DNA of 64,000 nucleotides from positions 31,538,299-31,602,298 of the forward strand of contig NC_134025.1 in the NCBI RefSeq assembly GCF_964204645.1. The letters are read 5' to 3'. Origin of the DNA: Tubulanus polymorphus (lineage: Eukaryota; Animalia; Nemertea). The notes under the pieces are model-generated. The model made no database searches. It saw only the letters and a program-made list of their open reading frames with translations, and was not told where the DNA came from. The translations under genes and the position numbers were made by a program. Positions 24,996-36,121 of the stretch are shown here, piece after piece. Position 1 is the stretch's first letter. Each line of letters starts with the position of its first letter.

Positions 24996-27261
24996 ACAAT
25001 CATTCTGTTTTGGCCAAGTATTTTATTCTTTTTTATGTTTCAGATTGTAATGCGGGGGTGGCTTCAGGATGGCTAGAAAATACGGATTAGACATTCTACG
25101 GGACTGTATCCATGGTGCATTCCAAAAGGGCAGAGTGACGTCCTTTCTTTCTTTCTAATCTTTCTTCGTATCTTCGGCTTAATAGGCAGCCAACCAATAA
25201 GTATTCGTACTTATTGTAGGTATATGCCGAGTTGGTACTCTTAAGGTTAAAACTTTTAAAAACTTTAAAAAGTTTGATCAAAACTAAATGACAACACTAT
25301 TCAAAAGCGTGACTTTTAACCAACAGTTTTTTCACTCTTTCTCGATGATGCCTAGGTCATTGATCCACATAATTTCCTTGATTTTTCGGCTGCAGATACC
25401 TGCTATCACTGCTGCAGTTTTCTCTAGTTAGTGTCCTCTTCGTATTAGTTAAATACTGTTGTTAACTAGTTAACCTATTGAGTAATATATGTTCTACGTT
25501 TTACTAAGCTCGGTGATGATAATGATTTAGAATGTCTATCTTTCGTCTGGGATCACTTTTTTTAGATATCTCGCTTAATCTATTGAAATTGCCCTCGCCG
25601 AATTCGGTCTTAATACGTCACCTGCTCACGACCTGCGAGCCTCCAGGTTACCCCCTGCGATACCTACGTTACCGAGGATACCTGTTTCGCGGCCTGTGAG
25701 CCGGTTACGCGCGGAGCCCTCGATACCAACACTGATACCGAGAGATACCGAGGATACCTGTCAGTCTCACGGCCTGTTGTGAGCCTCCAGGTTACCTGCG
25801 ATACTGAAGATACCGAGGATACGTCCTGTCTCACGGCTTGTAAGCCTCTGGCTACCTAACCACGATACCAAGGATACCCACGATACCTTGGAGTTACCGG
25901 CGGTCTCCGAAATCTGGACGGAGCACTCCTGATGTCGTACGTTTGTGAAGCTATCGTATTGTGACGACCTCCTGTAGAGACACCATCTTGAATCTGGGTT
26001 GCTTTACACCGGCTTACAACCCAAATCTGTGATCTAACCTAGTACTCGCATGCCACAGTTAACAAGTTCCCTCTCGGGTTTAGTTCTGATATTCTCCGTC
26101 AATGTTATGTATAGAGGCAGCACCTAACGGTCATTATTTTACACCACTGGTGGCGGGCCGGGGCCAGCGCAACGGCTCAGAATTAGTGACATTTTCTGAA
26201 TCTTCAAAGATCTGTAGCTTTCGGGGTTCATGTAAACGGCCAATGGCAGAATCTTATCTTAATTATCAGATCAGACTAGCCTCAGTACGCCCTTTAGTGT
26301 CAGGAGATAATCGGTCCGACTTCATTCGTGTCCCCCTCCCAACCTAAGTCACATCCTGGATCCGACTAACCACCCTTTTAAGTTTCCTCTTTAAAGTCTA
26401 ATCGACTCATGATAAAAGTGAACAATAATGATATAAGGTTAAAAGTCACATTGAACCAAGAACTGCGGAGTCTGGGACAGTGGGACAGCGGGGGTTGATG
26501 ACAAACTGCAACGTACAATCTGTCAAAATGTTTAACTAACATAATTAAATCGACCAGTGTAATGATTACCCAGCAACCTAGGTGAGTTTTAATGCAATTT
26601 GCATGTTTTTTGTCCCTCGAATCCTAGCAGACCGCCGAAAATATTAAATAAAAAGAAAAAACTGTATATTGTGTATTTTATGTACATAATAGTTTTATTC
26701 ATTAAGATCTGCCTTTGCATATTAATTATTTAACCTACAAGAAATAATAGAAATAATTCACAAGTTTTTATGCGAAGGTTGTGAAACATAGAACATACAG
26801 ACAAGCGATAATAATCAATCAGAGTCACCTGCCACAGCTAGACTCACTCTACGCTATGTGGTTAGTGATTTTTAAAACTGAATATTTCAGTATCTTATTA
26901 TTTTTCCGACAAAATAAATTCTTAAGTTATATAATCACACACTAGAGGGCGTTAAAGATGGTTCACACTAAATCAATTATATATAAATACAATACATTTA
27001 CAAACATTATTTACAAGAATAATGAATCACCCACTGAACCCCCCAAGCCCCTGACCCCTCCTCCCTAAACCCCCTGATCCCTCCTCCCTAACCCTCTCAA
27101 CCCTCCTCCCTAAACCCTCCTCCCTAAACCCCTTCAACTCCAATTTTATATGATTTACCACAAAATATTTCTGGCTGAACAATATTTCAATATCTTTCAC
27201 AGATTAAAAATATACAACACAAGAAATCATTCTAATAAAATAATATAACATCATCTTACAA

Positions 27262-27470
27262 TGTTTCATCTTACTATGTTTCATCTGAAACAAGCTTACA
27301 ATGTTTCAACTGAAACAAACTTACAATGTTTCAACTGAAACAGGCTTACAATGTTTCAACTGAAACAAGCTTACAATGTTTCAACTGAAACAAGCTTACA
27401 ATGTTTCAACTGAAACAAGCTTACAATGTTTCAACTGAAAAACAAGCTTACAATGTTTCAACTGAAAAAC
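27262..27470. repeat. 25-bp palindromic minisatellite in putative BIRC6 3'UTR
   Basis: Unit ACAAGCTTACAATGTTTCAACTGAA, about 8 copies; contains TGTTTCA-AC-TGAAACA. Confidence 0.9.
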
Positions 27471-27919
27471 AAAATCCAATTCATTTTTTTCATTTCATTC
27501 ATTTCTTATTTTTTCTCAAATAAAAATCAGTCAAGAAAATTTTACTGATTCTTGAAAATCAAACATTCTTTTAATTTCAATCGAAACTGAAAGAATCTTA
27601 TATATCAAATGAAAGAGGGAATATAAATCAGACCCCTGTTTAATATGGATCAAACCCCTGCATCAGACCGGGTTTAATATGGATCAAACTCCTGCATCAG
27701 ACCGGGTTTAATATGGATCAGACTCCTGCATCAGATCCAGGGTTTATTGTAAATCTAAACATCTTTCAAAATACACAATCAATATTAAAGTACCGGTAAT
27801 AGATTTCACAATGAAAACTCGAATGACGGCAAAAATCTGACGACAATATCTCAACAATTGAAAACCGTAACTATGGCTACAATAGAGAATAATTAACAGA
27901 TACCTAACTCAGCTGTCTG

Positions 27920-28399
27920 TCAGCAAAAATCCACCTCATCGTAACCGATATCATTAGATACGGGTAAAACATCGGGGGGTAGCGTAGAGTTCATTAAATA
28001 ACTCTCAGCGGTCGTCGAGACTTTAGGAGTCGCTGTCGATGAATCACTAAAATCAGAACTAGTCGGACTATCGTCGTTACTCGTGTCTAAAGACTGTCCG
28101 ATAGCCGGTCCGGGTGGAGGCGGGGGAGGTGGTCCGGGAGGAGGAACGGGAGGTAACTCGTTCCAATTACTCATCTCATCCCAATCCTCGTCCTCGTATT
28201 GATCGAGATGATTCTCCTGTGGCGCCACCACGCCGTACGATGGATGAACTACGAGTGACGGTTTCGGCGGGTTGGCCTCGTGAATCGTAGCGTTACTAGT
28301 GCTGCCACCTGCTGGCTCATCTAGATCTATATCACAATCCTCTAAATCTGATGGAGTTTTCATCTTGGCGAATTCCTCCTTCAGTTGATTATAATGTCG
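27920..28399 (-). CDS. BIRC6: BIRC6 terminal coding exon with acidic/polyproline tail
   Basis: Acceptor ttttcAG|CGACAT ([16 protein letters not shown]...), TGA at 27920-27922, followed by AT-rich putative 3'UTR. Confidence 0.9.
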   Translation of the reverse strand, partial: RHYNQLKEEFAKMKTPSDLEDCDIDLDEPAGGSTSNATIHEANPPKPSLVVHPSYGVVAPQENHLDQYEDEDWDEMSNWNELPPVPPPGPPPPPPPGPAIGQSLDTSNDDSPTSSDFSDSSTATPKVSTTAESYLMNSTLPPDVLPVSNDIGYDEVDFC

Positions 28400-31300
28400 C
28401 TGAAAATTAACATTAATCCGTTTAATATTAGTTAATTAATTGGTTAATTAGAGAAATACAGTCAAACTTGTGAAGTAAAGTCGTTATCTGATAAGTCCTT
28501 CATAAAACTGAATCATCTCTATTTTTTAGTCCAATTTGTATTTCTAATTCAATTTACTTATCGTAAGTCATCAACTGTAAAGAGTTCAGCAGTAAGGCTG
28601 TACAGCTCGGTTGTGCAGTGAGTTTAGGTAACTTACTTTCAGAGCTAAACAGCTGTGGTTAATAGTTCTACCGAATCGTTTATCACCGGTATGCTGTTCT
28701 AAATCAGAGATCCAATCATCTATTTGATGAATTATCTCGTGTCGTTTTAACCAGAAATGTTTATGAATCACCTACAGAAACAAGATACAACAATTCATTT
28801 AAATCATGAATTCATTAAGAATGATCTGGAATACAGATTAAGAGACGAGAGGGAGAGAGAGGGAGAGAGGAGAGGGAGAGAGAGGGAGAGAGGAGAGGGA
28901 GAGAGAGAGGGAGAGAGGAGAGGGAGAGAGGAGAGGGAGAGGGAGAGAGAGAGGAGAGGGAGAGAGAGGGAGAGAGAGGGAGAGAGGAGAGGGAGAGAGA
29001 GGGAGAGAGGAGAGGGAGAGAGAGAGGAGAGGGAGAGAAGTGGGGAGAGGAGAGAGTGGAGAGAGAGGGGAGCAGAGAGCAGAGAGTATAGGAGAGAGGG
29101 AGAGAAATGGAGGAGGAGAGGAGAGAAATGGGGGGAGATGGAGAAGAGAGGGGGAGAGATGGAGAAGAGAGGGGGAGAGATGGAGAAGAGAGGGGCAGAG
29201 AGGGAGGAGAGAGTGTAGAGAGGGAGAGGGGAGAGATGGAGAAGAGAGGGGGAGAGATGGAGAAGAGAGGGGCAGAGAGGGAGGAGAGAGTGTAGAGAGG
29301 GAGAGGGGAGAGATGGAGGAGAGGAGAGAGGAAGGGGAGAGGAGAGAGAGTGGAGAGTACAGGAGAGAGAGAGAGGGGGAGAGATAGATGCAAATACAAA
29401 CCTGTTTAAAACATGGATCTGGATTTCTCAACATTTCTAACATTGCCCATTTCACAGTTGCTTGTTTAATATTAGCGTCGTATTCTCGTGAACTCGCCGT
29501 GCCAGATAACGTACCTCTAGAACGCTCATAACCGGGTTCATTAAAATACGGTTCAGAAACTAAAATCAGTGACTGAACAGATACTAACACCTACAAAATA
29601 ATAACAATACTGAGTATGAATTTGTAAAATACAGTAGACTCTGTCTCTTACTGCGGTAAAGTTGAAACCGGTAAAATTCTACCCCGAGTTGGTGTCAAAT
29701 ACTGAGTAAGAGTTTGTGAAATACAGTAGACTCTGTCTCTTACTGGAGTAAAGTTGAGACCGGTAAAATTCTACCCAGAGTCGGTGTCAAATACTGAGAG
29801 TTTGTGAAATACAGAAGACTCTGTCTCTTACTGCGGTAAAGTCGAAACCGGTAAAATTCTACCCCGAGTTGGTGTCAAATACTGAGTAAGAGTTTGTGAA
29901 ATACTGTAGACTCTTGTCTCTTACTGCGGTAAAGTTGAGACCGGTAAAATTCTACCCCGAGTTGGTGTCAAATACTGAGTAAGAGTTTGTGAAATACAGT
30001 AGACTCTGTCTCTTACTGCGGTAAAGTTGAGACCGGTAAAATTCTACCCCGAGTTGGTGTCAAATACTGAGTAAGAGTTTGTGAAATACAGTAGACTCTG
30101 TCTCTTACTGCGGTAAAGTTGAGACCGGTAAAATTCTACCCCGAGTTGGTATCAAATACTGAGTAAGAGTTTGTGAAATACAGTAGTCTCTGTCATGTCT
30201 CTTACTGCGGTTAAGTTGAGACCGGTAAAATTCTACCCGGAGTTGGTGTCAAATACTGAGTAAGAGTTTGTGAAATACAGTAGACTCTGTCTCTTACTGC
30301 GGTAAAATTGAGACCGGTAAAATTCTACCCCGAGTTGGTGTCAAATACTGAGTAAGAGTTTGTGAAATACAGTAGACTCTGTCTCTTACTGCGGTAAAGT
30401 TGAGACCGGTAAAATTCTACCCCGAGTTGGTGTCAAATACTGAGTAAGAGTTTGTGAAATACAGTAGACTCTGTCTCTTACTGCGGTAAAGTTGAGACCG
30501 GTAAAATTCTACCCCGAGTTGGTGTCAAATACTGAGTAAGAGTTTGTGAAATACAGTAGACTCTGTCTCTTACTGCGGTAAAGTTGAGACCGGTAAAATT
30601 CTACCCCGAGTTGGTGTCAAATACTGAGTAAGAGTTTGTGAAATACAGTAGACTCTGTCTCTTACTGCGGTAAAGTTGAGACTGGTAAAATTCTACCCAG
30701 AGTTGGTGTCAACTACTGAGTAAGAGTTTGTGAAATAAGTAGACTCTGTCTCTTACTGGAGCAAATTTGAGACCGGTAAAATTCTACCCCGGGTTTGTGT
30801 CAAATACTGAGAGTTTGTGAAATACAGTAGACTCAAATACCAAGTCTATTTGAGAATTCAGCTCAGAATATTGAGATGTGTTTTAAATACCTGAAGGAAG
30901 CTTGATGTTTGTGAATTCCATTTCTCTTCCGGACGGCCGTGCCATGTGTTCAGTATACTCAAACAAACCTACAACAATAATTCATACCCGTATAAAACAT
31001 TTCTCAGAACGAACTATAAGAAAACAATGTCTGAATAGAAACCGGTCTCTCTTACCTTGCCATCATTGTATAAATTAGGATTGAATCTAACTGTATGATT
31101 ACCGGTAGTTTCTAGATTCACAAGTGGTGGAGAATTTGGGTAATCATGAGGAAAATAGACGTCTAATATAAAACATCCGTTAGCGTACGGTGTATCAGAC
31201 GGTCCCGTTATCAATACCTAGAAATATGAAATATAAAACATCCGTTAGCGTATGGTGTATCAGACGGTCCCGTTATCAATACCTGGAAATATGAAATATA

Positions 31301-34300
31301 AAACATCCGTTAGCGTACGGTGTATCAGACGGTCCCGTTATCAATACCTAGAAATATGAAATATAAAACATCCGTTAGCGTACGGTGTATCAGACGGTCC
31401 CGTTATCAATACCCGGAAATATGAAATATAAAACATCCGTTAGCGTACGGTGTATCAGACGGTCCCGTTATCAATACCTGGAAATATGAAATATAAAACA
31501 TCCGTTAGCGTATGGTGTATCAGACGGTCCCGTTATCAATACCTAGAAATATGAAATACAAAACATCCGTTAGCGTATGGTGTATCAGACGGTCCCGTTA
31601 TCAATACCTAGAAATATGAAATACAAAACATCCGTTAGCGTATGGTGTATCAGACGGTCCCGTTATCAATACCTAGAAATATGAAATATAAAACATCCGT
31701 TAGCGTACGGTGTATCAGACGGTCCCGTTATCAATACCTAGAAATATGAAATATAAAATATCCGTTAGCGTACGGTGTATCAGACGGTCCCGTTATCAAT
31801 ACCTGGAAATATGAAATACAAAACATAACCCTTCAAACACAATCAATAATAAATGTTTTGTAATTAAATTGACTTCGACATTGTTTGTCAATACAAATGA
31901 AGTCATAAAGACAAAATGAATAACTATCTGGCAGGAGTCGCTTCTTTCAGTTTAATCAGTGCAGTTTACAATATGGCTAGTATTGTCTAGTAGAGATTTG
32001 AATAGAGCATTTGATTAACAATCACCTCACAGCTGACTGGTCACCATACCTGAATAGTAACCACCACACTGACCAGACAAACATACAAACCATATAAATC
32101 AGTTGAGCTCAATGGTCTAGTGGTTAGGACTGAGGGCTGGCAAATGAGAGACCCAGGTTCAAATCCCACTGGGGGCTAGGGTTAGGGTTAGGAGCTAGGG
32201 TTAGGGTTATAACCGGACGAGCTAGGGTTAGGGTTTGGTAGGAGCTAGAGTTGGGGTTAGGACCGATTTTGGAAGGAAGGGCAGTGATCATATGATATTA
32301 CAACGCCCATGAAAACCTCTTTTTCATACATCTTTAGATTTTAAGCTTGAATAATGATAGATTTGTATTTTACCTTCATTACGTCGAGTCTCTCCTCATC
32401 ACATCTGACAAACACACTACTGCTAGCCGATAGAGGTAGTGATGTAGATAGAGTGACCGCTTCCTGCGCCAGACGCCTCGCTCTAGGTGCATTATTCACC
32501 TCTCCGGCCGCTATTATATTAGACTCATAATGATGTGGACATTTAAATCTAAACAAACTGTCTTCTTCTTCAATCATCTCAAACGTATCTACAAAATATA
32601 CCCAGAAATATTACACATTTTTACAGGTTCTAAAAATGTTAAATACCACAAGAATCAGTTATCAATAATGTTCGAATTTACAATTTTAAATTGTTAAAGA
32701 GGTAAAAGAAAGAATCCTATGAAATGTTACAATACAGTTTCATTAGGAAAATCAGGATTAATTTGAATATATATCAAGTCATTGAAACTGAGTCAGTACT
32801 TAGCTTAGTAAATAACTCAGTACTTAGCTCAGTATTTAACTCAGTAATTAGTTCAGTATTTAACTCAGTAATTAGTTCAGTATTTAACTCAGTAATTAGT
32901 TCACTATTAAGTTCAGTATTTAGCTGAAGAGGCGGAGAGGAAACACTGACCGAACTGTAATTCTTTCATAGTCGACATGTAGAGATCATCGAGAGATTTA
33001 TCTGCGTGTGAAGCTGTGGATTTGTGTGAGTGAGGTTTACTATCAACATTTGAATCTACAAAACAAAATACATTTCATAGAAACATGACAATACACATTC
33101 AGGGGAGTAGGGAGTTTAAGGGAGGGGAGTACAGAGTTCAGGGGAGGGGGGTGTTATAGACATACTGAGTGAATCCTGACGTAGTTTAAGCGTTGCTGTT
33201 TCTACTAAACTCGCTGATTTCTGTATCATACTGAGAGGGGGAGTAGGGAGTTTAGGGGAGGGGGAGAAGGGAGTTTAAGGGAGGGGGTGTTATACATACT
33301 AAGTGAATCCTGACGTAGTTTAAGCGTTGCTGTTTCTACTAAACTCGCTGATTTCTGTATGTCCGGTATCAATAAAGCTAATCCTTCACATTCATCATCT
33401 TCCTCTTTTGTTTGAGGTGTTTTACTGCTTTTACTGTTCGTCCTAAAAATACATTTCAAACTCACATTCAATAAATACCCCACCTATAGTTTATCAGCGG
33501 TATTAACCACCCAGACCCAGGCCTGCCAACTTCTGAAAAGTGCTATCAGTAACAAGTTGTGGGAAAATTTCATTGAAATTAATCAGTAATCAATGGTTTA
33601 GACACTCAGTAAGATCTTCCACATTTCTGTACACATCAAACAGATGATAATCAGGAACAGTTGTGTTTGTTTGATTCTTGAACTCACTTCAATCTACTGG
33701 CGTATGTATCGACACATGATTTCATCTTGGATAATAATGAACTGAGACAAGCAGATTCTACAGTTCCATCCTCTTTATCAATCGGCATCAATAATGGAAC
33801 TAGTACTGGACAGATAGCGATTCCTCGTAGCAGTTCTAACAGTGCTTTATACAGCGGTACATGACGAGCCATATCTAATACTACAATATAGAAAATACAC
33901 TTAGTCAATCAGTTTAACAGTGGATCCAGTTACATAGTTGTGTGAGTTCATCCAGATTCGCTACAGGATGAAATCGAATTATTTGATTTGCGATGAAACG
34001 AACCTGAATCATTTCTGAGATAAGATGAAATTGCTGGAACTAAACACGATTGACAGAGTAACTCGGGTAGGATTAACGGTAAACAATGTTTCTCCGTGTG
34101 ACCGTCACAAGCGCTTGTTTCGGTTTCAAATAATTCTGGTACATTTCCACCAGGGTTTATGTAACTAGCTAAAACCTACAGTTCAATAGAAAATAAAACA
34201 GTCAATCAGTATTGAAATACCGTAGAGGGGGAGGGGGAGGGAGGAGAGGAGAGAGGGGAGGTAGGCGTAAGAGGGGAGGGAGGGGAGAGGGGAGGAGATG

Positions 34301-35603
34301 GGAGGGAGGAGAGGGAGTGGGAGAGGGGAAGGGTGTGGGAGAGGGAAAGGGTGTGGGAGAGGGGAGGGGAGCAGGAGAGGGAGCGGGAGGAGGGGGAAGG
34401 GGAGAGGGAGTGGGAGAGGGGAAGGGTGTGGGAGAGGGAAAGGGTGTGGGAGAGGGGAGGGGAGCAGGAGAGGGAGCGGGAGGAGGGGGAAGGGGAGAGG
34501 GAGTGGGAGAGAGGGATTTGATGGGTTGACTCTAACCTGCAGTTCAATAGAAAATAAAACAGTTAATCAGTATTGAAATACCGTAGAGGGGAGGGAGAGG
34601 GAGAGAGGGGAGGGAGGGGAGAGGGAGGGAGGAGATGAGGGGGAAGGAGAGGGAGGGGAGAGGGAGCAGTAGGGGAAGGGGAGAGAGGGGAGGGAGAGGG
34701 GAAGGCGAGGGAGAGGTTAAGGGAGAGGGAGGGGAAGGGGAGAGGGAGGGGAAGGGGAGAGAGGGAGGAGGAGAGGGGAGGGATTTGATGGGTTGACTCT
34801 AACCTGCAGTAAACACGTCACATGTTCCTCTTCACTTTTTTGTCTAAGTAAAGCCTGTTCCGCGTCCCAACTAGAAGTGAACGACCCAGTCCCGAATCCT
34901 GTTCCTTTCGCCCAGTAATGTTGTGATTTATCGTTTGTTGGTTTCTCCGTGGTAACGGTAGGTGTTTGCGACACCTGCATCGCGGCCATTATTATCTACA
35001 AACAATATAAACAACATTCAGTATTGATTTAGAAACGTATATTTTCACTTCCAGTTTTGCGGAGGAGATAAATCTAACCTCGTGATGGAATCCAGGTATA
35101 GATACTCTCGGAGCGTGATGACTCAGTACCGATAAACACGCTAATATCAGCTGAATAGCTCCGATATCTAACATCATTCTACGCAACAATACACCATCAT
35201 CGGTCGTCAACGGCGACTGATCGAATAAACTCTTTAATACAGAGAACGGTAACGTGGGTAGCGAGCTAGCGACCGGTGACGTTAGGATATGACCTATAAA
35301 TATATATCATATATCAGTTATCATCTGGTTTAATTCGATATATCAATATCATAAAATGGAACGGAGTATAATAAAGATGAATACCTCCGTCTCCGTCGTC
35401 TGTCACACCGAGAACTAATCGTAACAAACACTGAGCTTTCTTACGTTCCGTCAACAATACCTCGGCGTATCCCGGCAACCGTAGGAATAAACCGAACGCG
35501 ACCAGTGAATGCGGAGGAATGCTGGGTAATGTGGTGTTTGATTGACGGTTAGAAGGTTGAGTTGAAGTCCCAGCAGTCGTCGACTCTATATCCTAGAAAA
35601 TCA

Positions 35604-35637
<34 letters not shown>

Positions 35638-36088
35638 CAATCAATCAATCAATCAATCAAGCAGCAGGTACTCAGAGTGTAATAGAAATAATTTCTTACC
35701 AGTTCAAAAATATCAGCTTCATATTCGACTGTGACCCAGTCATCTTTCATACCGAGTAGATTCATATCTCTAGCGCCCTCTGGTGGTCCGACTTGTCGAG
35801 TTATTTCCGGGTATAACAGAGGTAGATGTTCGGCGAGTAAAGCGAGACCTCCGATACTGGCGAACACGTGAAGAGCTGACGGAAAACTGCGAGTTTCGAG
35901 TAGAATTGATTCAGGAATATTTGTATCCTCCAAACATTCATCTACAAATCAATCAGCAATTTTATTCTTAAACCTTTTCATGATGAGATTTTTGAAAACT
36001 TCAAATAAAATTCTTAAACCGAATATTTTTGAAAGAATAAAAAGAAAAAGAATTTATCTAAACTTAATGATTTTTATACCTGTAAGAT

Positions 36089-36121
<33 letters not shown>

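Noticed and set aside
28757-29399. Glu/Arg-rich and Leu/Ser/Pro-rich ORFs
   Set aside because: GA microsatellite within a BIRC6 intron.
34206-34576. Gly/Glu-rich ORFs
   Set aside because: Purine-rich intron interior.
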